A DNA stretch of 64,000 nucleotides from positions 34,844,001 to 34,908,000 of the forward strand of contig CM097888.1 of NCBI GenBank assembly GCA_044892525.1, written 5' to 3'. Origin of the DNA: Schmidtea polychroa (taxonomy: Eukaryota). A program made the position numbers and the translations under genes. This document shows positions 24,790 through 36,499 of the stretch, piece after piece. Under the pieces are notes generated by a model. It was not told the origin of the DNA and searched no databases. It worked only from the letters and a program-made list of their open reading frames with translations. The first letter of the stretch is position 1; every line of letters starts with the position of its first letter.

Positions 24790-25319
24790 AGTATTATGAT
24801 GTAAGGACTCCAACCCACTTTCAAGGTCATCCCAATGTCCAGATCAAATATAAGTCAAATGAATCATTTTATTTTTTAAATTTTATTTAATTACTTCTAT
24901 TTAATTTTTAATTTTATTAATTTTTTATTTATTACATTTAATTAATTGTTTTATTAATATTTTATTTTAATTACTTGCGTTATTTAATTAATTTTTTTGT
25001 GGTTTATTTATTAATAAATTTTAATTATTATTAATATTATTATTATATTTATTTATTAATATTTTATTATTATTATCTTACATTTACATTTAATATATGC
25101 TAACAAGAGCGTAAATTTTAACAATGACATTTCAATTTGTAATTAAATCATTGCCATGTATGTTTAACTATTTAATAAAATCATTAATTAATAAAATTAA
25201 AAATTAAAAATAGAAGTAATTAAATAAAATTTAAAAAATAAAATGTTTCAATTGACCTATATTTGATCTGGACATTGGGATGACCTTGAAAGTGGGTTGG
25301 AGTACTTACATCATTCTAC
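24790..25319. mobile_element. Foldback/MITE with about 130-bp inverted arms
   Basis: ATGATGTAAGGACTCCAACCCACTTTCAAGGTCATCCCAATGTCCAGATCAAATATA... recurs reverse-complemented at about 25185-25314 around an AT-rich core. No TSD identified. Confidence 0.8.
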
Positions 25320-25329
25320 TCTGTGGCAC

Positions 25330-26700
25330 CGGTACTATAAACTATTGTCGTCTACAATATGCGATGAATTTATTTCTATTATATCGAAAGATTTAAAACT
25401 CACAATAGTGAACGAAATAAAGGAAGCCAAATTTTATCTCTAATTATTGATACAACACCTATTATATCTAACGTAAATCAGCTGACCGTCATTATTCGCT
25501 ATGTTCTTCCAAGTGGTATAAAAGATATTTAGGATTTCTACCTATATTTTCCCATACTGGTGAAAACTTGAAGAAAGCTATTTTAGAATTTTTAAATAAT
25601 ATAGATTTAGACATCACTAACTGTCGGGGAACGAGTTATGATAATGCATTTAATATGTCAGGTAAATATATGGGACTAGAATCCAGAATAAAACAACATA
25701 TTTTTATACCTATTTTATACCATGCGCAAATCATTCATTAAATTTAATTGGAAACGCTGCTCCCGAAGGTTGCATGAAAATGACCACTTTTCAATATCGT
25801 TCAGAAATTGTAAGTATTTTTTTCAAGTTATACACACACATAGGTGGAATGCATTACTAAAATTTTGTAAGAGCGAACACCTATTTGTGACACCAGGTGG
25901 TCTGCTTGTTCCGATTCTGTGAAATCCTTAGATGAAAATTATGAAGAAATTAAACATTTTTTACGTCATTTTTCCTAAAACAAAGATAAAAAATCATTAA
26001 TAAGGTCCGAAGCTGCAGATTTAAATAAAAAAACTTGATACATTTGATTATGTACTGTTACTTACTATATGTGAAAAGATTTTAGAGAGAATATATGCTT
26101 CAAACAAGACTCATCAACGAAAAGACGAATTCCTAAATACTGAGCAATATATGAGCAACATTAAAAAAAGACTTGAGGAATATAAAACTATTAATAATAA
26201 ATTCAAAACAATTTTTCATGATATTGATGTTAGTGACTCTTCAATAGAGGAATTAAAATGTTATAAACAAGATTTAAAGATAACAGAACTGAAAAATGAA
26301 GTATTACGATTTATCCATATGGTAATTTATTCAGGAAAATAATATTATTGCAACATTTAAACATAATTCTGAGAATTTATTTAACTCTTCCAATAAGCAA
26401 TGCAAGACCAGACCAGAAAAATAAAATTTTTTAAGGCCAACAAAAATGAAATAGTTTATCATTACTTTATATAGAAAAAGAGACATTAAATAGCTCTATT
26501 AATTTTGAAAAAATAATTGACGAGTTTGCATAAAAAAGGCAATATAACTAATCAATCTGTGTATATTTGTTTAAGTATAAATTTTTGATTTAATAAATTA
26601 TGTTTATTTAATTTTTGTACATGTATATTATTTTTCCTGGAATCCGATAATTAGACCAAACTACCAAACGTAAAGTATAGCCTTAGTTCGCGGCTGTGGT
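25330..26700 (+). mobile_element. Degraded hAT transposase remnant
   Basis: Fragments IDTTPIISNVNQLTVIIRYVLP, CRGTSYDNAFNMSGKY and PCANHSLNLIG; many stops. Possible right end ...TTAGTTCGCGGCTG near 26697. Confidence 0.7.
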
Positions 26701-26913
26701 TAGGATTATACAAATGTATGAAATTAAAAAATTTCCGTATTATCAAAATCTATTAAAATTAATTTAAAGTTTGTTAAAAAGTAAAAATTTATTTTTGGGA
26801 GGGTTGTAACAAATGAGATTTTGAAGATGAATAAAAAAATGACAATATAAATTAGATAATAAAAATAAAAATGGTTTATTAATAAAATCTTCATCTAAAA
26901 TATTCATGTTCTT

Positions 26914-29900
26914 TTATATTTGTGAAAAATTTTCAACTTCAAATGCCCATTCTCCATTCTCAGGTTTGTAACTTAGGAATTTTACGCCAATTTTCAATGA
27001 ATGTTTAACTAATTTTTCAGTAAAATTCATTTTGATCAAACGTTCACAATCCCGAATTGGTTCGTCAGTAGATTTATTATTTGGAAAAACATTAAACAAA
27101 ACGATTTGAGCTGATTTGTTCAAGCCTTGACCAAATTCCGGCAGTTCTTCATTAGGATAAACTCTAAATTCGTTTGTTTTAAATTCTACTATACTGTCAA
27201 GATCCATCCCGTAGACATTAGTTAGACCGAAAAATTTTACTATTCCGAAACCTTTTCGTCCAATCACTAAATTTTCAACCCAACATTCTTTTTCTCTAAC
27301 TAATTTATCCATTGTTTCAATATTTGGTGAGGTGTAATAACCTTCTTTCGTCAGTTTAACATTTGAACTTACAATTGAATCATATTCAACACTTTCATCG
27401 TCACTTTCATCGTCACTAACATTCTCATTTGCAGATTCATATTCACCATCATCTTGGCATTCAGAGTTTTCAATTGTTCTAAATGTTTCAAGGTTTTTAT
27501 TGAATGAATCTGCAAATGAAACTTTCTTATTCTTTTTTTCAAATTGAGGTGATTTTTTTAGAATTTTTTTTAACGACAAAGGGGTTGAACATTGATTCTT
27601 TTTTGTCTCTGTCATAAATTGGCTTGCAGACAACAGTGGATACTCTTCAATCGTAGAATTAGGATTTATATTTTCTTTATTACTATAAGGTTTCAAAGTA
27701 ATGGGACTATTAAGAGAAGCATCTATTGGAGAGTATTTGTTATTTCTAAAACTGTTTATTTCATCAGTAGATTTGTTTCTCGAGTCATATAGAAAATCCC
27801 GATTCCTCTGAAATGCATTTGGAGATAAATACTTCCAATCTGTACGTTTTCCAAAAAAAGGTTCTGGAGATTCAATTTCTTGATCAAATCCGCTAAATAA
27901 TTCAGCAATGTGATTTGATCGAATTTTACTTTGATGATGAAGAATTCGTCTTTTGGAATAATTTGGGAGTAATTCAGGCAATTTATGTACTGGTGTGCTT
28001 GGTAATTGTTTTTCTAATCTTTCTTGCTCATTTGAAATAAAAGACAATTTGTTCATAAATAATTGACTATTTCCATAAGGATTATTTCCAACTAATTGTA
28101 AAACCTTATTTTGTAAAATTTGGTGCTCTAATGCTTGGTCAGTAACAGAGTTGTATTGCATGTTTCCGGTAGTATTTAAATGAGATGCATTAGAGGAGTT
28201 GAAATTGGTTATTTGGTTGCCAAAATTATTTGGAATCAAATTTCCCGAAAAATTGCTACTGAAACCCCCTCCGAAAGTTGATGAATTTGAAGTGAGTCCA
28301 AATGCACTCGGTTTATTGACTGTCGAGGAAAGATTGTTTGTTGTATTACCAAATGCGGTTGATTGAGTGGACCAACTATTACACAAACTGAGACTACTAG
28401 AATTTGGGACGGATCCGAAACTATTTCCAATAACATTGTTCTGGCTATTAGAATTAAATGAAGAATTCTGTTGTAGTGTTCCTACTCCAAAACCTGTGGT
28501 CTGAGCTTGGTTAGTAATTGTAGTTTGGAATAAAGATTGTTTAGATGCATTGTTCAAACCTCCAAAGGTATTGGTTTGAGTATTATTTAAACCTCCAAAG
28601 GTATTGGTATGAGGAGTATTATTTAAACCTCCAAAGGTATTGGTTTGAGGAGTAGTATTTAAAGCTCCAAAGGTATTGGTTTGAGGAGTAGTATTTAAAG
28701 CTCCAAATTTATTGGTTTGAGGAGTAGTATTTAAAGCTCCAAAGGTATTGGTTTGAGGAGTAGTATTTAAAGCTCCAAAGGCATTTGTTTGAGGAGTATT
28801 ATTTAAACCCCCAAAGGTATTTCCTTGAGTAGTATTATTTAAACCTCCAAAGGCATTGGTTTGAGGATTTAAAGCTCCAAAGGCATTGGTTTGAGGAGTA
28901 TTATTTAAACCACCAAATATATTTGCTTGAGGAGTAGTATTTAAACTTCCAAATATATTTGCTTGAGGAGTATTATTTAAACCTCCAAAGGTATTGGTTT
29001 GAGGAGTATTATTTAAACCTCCAAAGGTATTGGTTTGAGGAGTATTATTTAAACCTCCAAAGGTATTGGTTTGAGGAGTATTATTTAAACCTCCAAAGGT
29101 ATTGGTTTGAGGAGTATTATTTAAACCTCCAAAGGTATTGGTTTGAGGAGTATTATTTAAACCTCCAAAGGTATTGGTTTGAGGAGTATTATTTAAACCT
29201 CCAAAGGTATTGGTTTGAGGAGTATTATTTAAACCTCCAAAGGTATTGGTTTGAGGAGTAGTATTTAAAGCTCCAAAGGTATTGGTTTGAGGAGTAGTAT
29301 TTAAAGCTCCAAAGGTATTGGTTTGAGGAGTAGTATTTAAAGCTCCAAAGGTATTGGTTTGAGGAGTAGTATTTAAAGCTCCAAAGGCATTGGTTTGAGG
29401 AGTAGTATTTAAAGCTCCAAAGGTATTGGTTTGAGGAGTAGTATTTAAAGCTCCAAAAGCATTGGTTTGAGGAGTATTATTTAAACCACCAAATATATTT
29501 GCTTGAGGAGTAGTATTTAAACTTCCAAAGGTATTGGTTTGAGGAGTATTATTTAAACTTCCAAAGGTATTGGTTTGAGGAGTATTATTTAAACCACCAA
29601 ATATATTGGGTTGCACAGTATTTGATGACCCAGTCGCATTAGATTGAAGAGCTCCAAAATTATTGGTTTGATTACCAAATAAGGAATTTTGTGGCTTTGT
29701 TACTGCATTTGAAGTAGATCCAAATAGACCGCCATGAGCTGCACCTTGAAATTGACCACTTTGCGGATTTTGTAATGATTGATTGTTAAAAATACTATTT
29801 TGATTAGTCTGACCAAAAGTATTCGATACTCCTATTGAATTAGGATTAGAACCGAACATTGTCGTTTGATTTTGATTTAATCCAGCTGTGGCATTTCCAA

Positions 29901-30364
29901 ACAGACCGCTAGAGGAATTTTGCTGAGTTTGATTGTTATTTGTACTTCCAAACAAGCCTGTTCCTTGTGCAGGACTTGAATTAAAAACGCTGTTTGTAGA
30001 ATTATTGTTACCGAAAACATTATTAGATGCAATTGCGGAATTATTATTAGTTGTTCCAGTTCTTCTATTACAGTTATAATCTTCATGTCGCAATTCTTCG
30101 GAAGATTTTTTTTCATATTCTTTCATTCCTGATGTGTGATTTAACATAGTTTGAATGGTAGTGTCCCTGTTATTCTTTTTAATTACATCTTGATCTAAAT
30201 GAGCAACAAATTTGATAGGAGTTCCAATTATATTCGGTGCAGCACCAAACGATAGTGTTTGATTTGGGACAGAAAAATTATTGGAAGTTTGGTTATTTGA
30301 GAAAAGGTTACCTAAAGAAATAATGAATTAAAAAATTTGTAATTTTTAATATACTTTGAAACAT
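26914..30364 (-). CDS. NUP98: Nucleoporin Nup98 (FG repeats, GLEBS, autoproteolytic-like domain), join(30364..30355,30311..26914), about 1135 aa, no Nup96 moiety
   Basis: The ORF extends upstream to the acceptor at 30312. A 10-nt first exon ATGTTTCAAA with a 43-nt intron gives MFQSNLF. GLEBS GTPIKF...SGMKEYEKKSSEELRHEDY; C-terminal KLTKEGYYTSP...GRKGFGIVKF...WAFEVENFS; AATAAA about 35 nt after the stop. Confidence 0.95.
28545..29610 (-). repeat. 36-bp coding minisatellite, about 31 units (PQTNTFG[G/A/S]LN[N/T]T)
   Basis: Unit GAGGAGTATTATTTAAACCTCCAAAGGTATTGGTTT on the + strand; 8 identical consecutive units at about 28965-29255. Confidence 0.97.
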
Positions 30365-30759
30365 AATTTGTAAAATTTATTTGTAAATTGAAACATATAC
30401 AAACAATTTTGTTTCGTACAAGATTTTAATTGCTTTTTAATTTTAAATTAAGGAGGGAAAATTAATTTTAAAGGATATACGTTTTTTATTAGATTTTTAA
30501 AATTTTGAAAATAGTGTAAGCACTTTTAAAATATTAATTTATTTAACACTAATTTTCGGCACAGCTTTTTCAATTGTGTTTTTTATTTTTAAAGAATTTT
30601 GTATAACAAACTAAATTTTATTTCAATGTGAATAAATTTTTTTAAAATTTTTTGAAACTAAATTTATTATTTTTATGAAAACTAAATTCTAAAATTGTTG
30701 AAATTATAAACTAGAATAATCAAAATATCGTAGATTTAAAAAAGGTCGATGTTGCTTAT

Positions 30760-31090
30760 AAAAATAATGGTAGTCACAGATCAAAACAAGGGAATCAGGA
30801 ACACATATTTGTTGTGTTACTGGGTCGTTGGTGAACTTAAATTTAATAAATTATTTCTCTTATTCCAAGCGTGCTTTTAGTTGACCCACAAATAACAATT
30901 AACATTGGAAACTTTATTGAATATCACAAATATTTTCACAATGAGACAATATACACAACAAGCTAACTGCTGCTGATAATACAGTGCTTATTACAACACT
31001 ATGGTGAAGAATAGCACACGCGTGTAATCTTGATTTGACAAATCTCTCACAACTGAGGAGTATAACAATTGGTAATTTAGCTGGTTGTTT
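30760..31090 (-). mobile_element. Solo-LTR-like fragment B (approximate)
   Basis: The minus strand has TTGTAATAAGCACT (shared with element A), AATAAAG and TGTTATTTGTGGGTCA (shared with about 39280). Confidence 0.45.
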
Positions 31091-31435
31091 TCTATTTTTA
31101 CTATTTTTATTTATTTCTTTTTTTTAATTTGTTATTTAGGTATCCTCAACATATCTTATTCTTACATTTTGAAACTTAATTTTATCATTTTATTTAAATG
31201 ATTTCTTTAAATATTTAAATTTAAATATTTGTTGATATTTTCCTTATTTCGACCCACTTGGTAGAATTTTTCACATATTCATTAAATAATTTACATTTTT
31301 ATCATTTATCTTTTAAATTTTATTTTTAATATTATTAAAACAATCGCAGATTGTTTTTTAAATTGTAAAGATTATTAATATTAAATTAATAAAATTGTAA
31401 ATTAATTATACCTGGATTAACTGTAACTATTATAT

Positions 31436-31550
31436 AATTAAAAAGAGAGTTTGAAGACTATAAATCAGTAATATATCGATGTTTGTTGATACTCACGAAT
31501 TTTCGGCACTGCCTTTTTCAAGTGAATTTTTCAAGCCCTCTTTTTAATAA

Positions 31551-31588
<38 letters not shown>

Positions 31589-31766
31589 CATTATTATTAT
31601 TAAAATGGTTCTTTTCACTCTCCTTTCTATTGAAAAAGAAGCTGTGACATTTTTACAAGAAAAGGGAAATGAAAATTCACTTCAAAAAGGCAGTGCCGAA
31701 AATTCGTGAGTATCAACAAACATCGATATATTACTGATTTATAGTCTTCAAACTCTCCTTTTAATT
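31436..31766. mobile_element. Foldback deletion derivative, possibly Merlin/IS1595-like
   Basis: About 97-bp near-perfect inverted arms enclose an (ATT)n tract and ATG 31605 MVLFTLLSIEKEAVTFLQEKG, which resembles the ISXO2/Merlin transposase N-terminus (from recall). Confidence 0.6.
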
Positions 31767-32646
31767 CAATGGATAAAATAATCAGTGGTGAAATTGGAAC
31801 AAATAAAAGTTCTTATAATAATATTATATAATTAAATATTAAAAATTATGTGGTTAATTTAATGTCGTAATAAAATCTTAAATATTTATATTATATTATA
31901 TTTATATCAATTCAGTAATGTTTAAGAAAATACCCAAAATCATCAAAAGTTGAAGTTGTTTGAATATTTTATTAAATGGAATAGCTAAATTTTGAAATGT
32001 CATTTTTGAAGCTAAATGAATATGTTAAATGTTAAAAATATATTACAGATTTTTAATTATTATTTTCATTGAAATTTTATTGCATTTTAGTGAAATTATC
32101 AAATGATCATAAATATTTTATAATTTTTATTAATTGTTTCACGATAAAAATATTGAACTGGTAATAGATGATCAAGTAATTTGAGGTGTGCCTCCCAAGG
32201 GAGGTGTACAAATATCTTAATTGAAATATCACTTTATTTTATTTATACAAAAAAAATTTTATAGCACAAAACATTGAAAAATTTTCAATTATTATTTAAC
32301 ATAAAATTTAAACTAGAGGTGGTTTTGAAAAATTTCAAATGATTTGTTTTCAAATATAATGGTTACATCGTCTTTATTTATTTAGCTCGGTTAAACATTT
32401 ATTTAATATTTAAATCGAATTAATATATTTTATGTTTATTAAAACTTGTCAAAAAACGAAATTAGTTAGAATCATGTGAAATTCGGGTTCAGGATAAATT
32501 CGAAAAGCCTTTCTATGCTCTAAATTTTTATGCAATGATAATATGAAACTTGGAAAACTTCAAGAATTTTTCTCAAAAGTGCATCTAAATTATTGTTGAG
32601 ATACCCATGAGTCTCTCAGACAGAAGAAAACACGATAACACTAAGT

Positions 32647-34894
32647 CAGCGGCCGGGGAACTTTTTTAATCATTACCCCAAAATATTTTTGTGTAAGTTG
32701 ATATTACCCCATGGCGAAGAGCAAAAAAACGAAATCGCCTCTTTTTAGCATCTTTCATGATAATTTTGAAAAGAAAACAATAACTAAAAATTTAATTTAA
32801 ACATAATTTATTCAATTTATCAATGTAATACCTAGCAATACATAACGGTAATAATAGTAATATAAGTAAGTAATTCACGTTTTGGAGAAATGATGTTGTT
32901 TCATGTTCGATACAATTGCTTCAAAATTGGGACTTTTTGATGTGAGAGCGATTTGAATACAGTCTTCGGCGTTTAATCGATTTCTGTTCTTCGTTTTTAT
33001 GTTCATTAGAGTGGAAAAGCCTTGTTCGCACAAATATATTGTTCCAAATGGCAGCAATTTTTTAACCACCTTTTCATGTGCAATTTTGAAAGCCTTTGCA
33101 GCTTTTGACATTCAAAAAGACGACATATTTGGTTTACACTCAAATTGAATACATGCTTCTGCCAAACCTGAAGGTTCTTCTAGTATCATAGCAATTTCAA
33201 ATTTAAAAGGATCTACAATCCAACTGACAGTACGTGTATCAAGATCTGGAAAGTAATCTGAAAACCGCTTTTTGAGTTTGATAAGATGCCTTACAATTGT
33301 ATCTTTGATCTCAGTAAAAGTAATATTTTCGCAATCTTCCAAAAACAAAGCTAACCTTGAAAAAGAAGCTATCTTGTTCTGTTCTACTTTCTATCTCCAA
33401 TATTGCAGCTTTAATCCAAACGCTGACACTATTTCTCTCGCTGAAATGATATTAATATTCGTTCCTTGTGTTGGGTTTTATGATATCAAAATCAACCGTT
33501 GGTTACTCTGACTCCACGTGTTCCAAAATCAATAAACAAAACTCCCAACGTATATTTGTTTTATAACAATTCACCACTCAACAATTAATCACACTGTTGG
33601 TTAATCACAATTCTTACACAATTTCAGATCGAACTCCGCTCTGGAAGGTCTCGGCCTTGTACGATTAAAAAAATAGGTTTCACCTTTTGTTTGATTCCGC
33701 TCTCTGATCCGAACTCTTTTAATATTCCTTTCTGACTCCTAAATTCCTCTTATAATTCCTTTTTCCTTTTTATTTTTATTCCTCGAACTCCTATCGTCTG
33801 TTTCTTCGTATCCCTACCTAAGGCTATCGCCGATTATGTGAATTTTGAGTTTCCTTATATACTCCCATAATCGTTGTAATTGCCCCATTTTTGACCTAAT
33901 TGGTTTTGACTTCTTTAGTTATCATTCCTTAATTGACTATTTTTGTTGACCCTCTTCGTAATTCCCTGTCTTTTGTTTACCCTCGTTTATCCGATTGTTT
34001 GGATAATTGCCCTCTGAATTCCTCGTTTGTTTACCCTTCCAAATTGCCGTGCTCGGGTTTTCTTCATCGCTCGGGTTCTCCATTGGCTCGGGCTTTCCAT
34101 TAGCTCGGGTTTCCCATTAGCCAATTAATTAATTAATTAATATTTTACGTTTTTCCACATTTGTCTGTTTTACGACCCTTTCTACACATTTTCTAACTAT
34201 TTCTTGCTCACTGTCTTCTTCACCATCCCTTAATCTACCCCTCTCCCGTTTTCCAGCTTCAATTTCGATAACTTTTCACTTTATTCCACTTCCTCCGGTT
34301 TGCGCATTTTCCCATTTCATGTCTGATTGTACCCTTTTATAGTTCTGTTTTTATCATATCTTTCTTTGCCATTGCTTCTCTGCTTGACCGCCATTCAATT
34401 TCGGCTTTCCTTTTAATCTGAACTATATAATTTAATAATTTATTTTCAAACCTCAACACTTGCAATTCTTTGTTTAATATATTATAATAATAGTTGTAAA
34501 ATACTTGAATTAAATTTTCAAATTGCGGCTTATCTTGATCGATATGTCGATGATTAATGATAAAATGGTGGTCTTGTCAGCAACTAACTAGTAAAAACTC
34601 GCTCTTTAACTCGTCAATGTATTTGTATCTTGACGGCATGGTATGGACTGAGCAGGTAGCTGGGGCTGTGCTTTACTGCGCAAAGATATAACTCGAGAAC
34701 ACTCTAGTGGTGGGGAGTGAGATGGCGTGGCCTGCATATGTCGCTAAATTGTTTAAGTTGAAAAAAATACTAACAGGTTTATAAAATAGCAAATTAAAAA
34801 TATATACTTTTTACTCATAAAAGTTTCATTTTTACCCCCAAAAATTTCATTTTTACCCCATGTGGGGTAATTTACCCCGGTTCCCCGACCGCTG
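32647..34894 (-). mobile_element. hAT Buster-family deletion derivative
   Basis: TIR CAGCGG(C/T)CGGGGAAC; perfect 8-bp TSD CACTAAGT (nnnTAnnn) at 32639-46 and 34895-902. C-terminal transposase LLPFGTIYLCEQGFSTLMNIKTKNRNRL at 32875-33350. Confidence 0.93.
33510..34430 (-). mobile_element. Solo-LTR-like sequence C inserted in the Buster element (approximate)
   Basis: Four about 17-bp AATGG.AA.CCCGAGC units, TATA-like GTATATAAG, AATAAA, terminal GAACACGTGGAGTCAGAG. Confidence 0.55.
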
Positions 34895-35109
34895 CACTAA
34901 GTATTCTATGCGCACATTTTCATTGACATAGAGAGGTCCAAGTATAAATGCACTTTTTTTACGATATGATTTGGGTGCGTAAACAAAAAGAAACATTTTT
35001 GACAAAAAATATGAGATTGTGAGATTCAGTGAATGTTATCCTAATAGAACCTCAAGAATCAGTCTATGTAAGTTTTTAATGAAAGCTATGCGAGTAAAAT
35101 ATTAATTAG

Positions 35110-35647
35110 ACTAACTAAGGAAAATTTTTGAATTTGGATTGAATTTGAACCATTGGAGTAACAATAGCCCGATGAAACATTCAACGTGTAGCAATTGACT
35201 TTTGACTTGAGTTGATTTTAAGAAAAATATATAATCTGACCAAATAGATAAAGACTATAAATCCTAACCCATTTTATCTACTGCATAATCATAAGCTTGA
35301 GCCAATATTTCTTTGAAAATAAGAGTTTTCTTATCGTCATCCTTTATGATACATATAAAATTTCCATAAATTGATATTATATATTCGAGGTAAATATTCT
35401 TTAAATAGTTTTTCAACATTTTTTAACAATTTAGCCTTTTCTCATGTGAAATATAGCTTTTAACATATTGATCGGTTAAGGGGAACTGGTGAACTAATCT
35501 TTCAAATATTGGTCGACCATCTTCAAATGATGTACTTTGTGCATTTCTTAATAAAATATTCCATGCATCAATGTCCCATGAATTTGATTTAATACCATTC
35601 TCGGCTTTCAATATTTTATCAGGATTGCTAACTTTATTTTCTGCCAT
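35110..35647 (-). pseudogene. CSTF3: CstF-77 (cleavage stimulation factor subunit 3) N-terminal HAT-repeat pseudogene
   Basis: MAENK...WDIDAWNILLRNAQ...FERLVHQFP...YISHE continues through frameshifts as KNVEKLFKR, INLWKFY, ILAQAYDYAVDKMG*DL*SLSIWSDYIFFLK and HRAIVTPM. Two TAG stops. Confidence 0.85.
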
Positions 35648-36499
35648 ATATTCCAAAAAATATCCCAAATCGAATATTTTAACAAATTTCATGAATTCAA
35701 AATTAAAACAAAGAACAATCACTACTAAATTCATAAAAAATTGGTAAAGGAGCAGAACAAATTTTAGAATCAAGTTAGAGGAACACATCCCCAGATCAAT
35801 AAAATTGGAATTAATCGATTTGTGGATTACACATTTTGCTTAATAACCAATTGCCGGTTCAAGCTACAAGAAATTTGATCGAATCAATACTTTAATTGAA
35901 AATTATTAAATCGCAGAAGAATTCATTTCTCCCGAGTTAGTGCAAAATATCAAGTTTAGCAGAAGCGAATCGAAAAAATTGGAACAACCTGTTTCATTAC
36001 AAAATCTGAGAAATTCGTTTTATTTTTTGGAATTCAGTTAAAAGATAGTTCGATACGTAATTAATTTAAAATACATTAAAATTTTAAGAGAATCAGTATT
36101 CACCTTTTAATACTGTATTGCTCCGAGGTTATAAATTTAAGTATTATAATAAAGTATTGTCCAATTTCTGAGGCAATACTATAGCGTGTAAATTTGTGGA
36201 ACTACCCTCATCTTTCTACTGTTCACCTTTGTCGGACTGTTGGAGCATTTAGGGCCAGCTTTGACACTTAGAAATATCGTTCATGGCAGTTTGTATAACC
36301 AATTTTCTGTTCTTTAGAAGAAACCAGTTTTTATAGGTGTAATTAATTTCTAAGCATTTGATTAAAATAATAAATTTCTAAACTAACGGATAATTCCAAA
36401 TAGTATGAGTCATATTATTTAATAATATAACCAAAAAATAAAATTTCCTAATATGGTTAAGTAAATTAGTCATACTATTTGAATTTAAAGAAATAAAAA

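Noticed and set aside
28545-29610. 36-bp repeats as a CRISPR array, and the + strand ORF 28959-29261 (EEYYLNLQRYWF)n as a gene
   Set aside because: The repeats are contiguous with no unique spacers and lie in frame within Nup98; the + ORF is just the antisense reading.
35810-36050. Protein-like + strand frame upstream of the CSTF3 pseudogene
   Set aside because: Interrupted by several stops and not assignable to any family.
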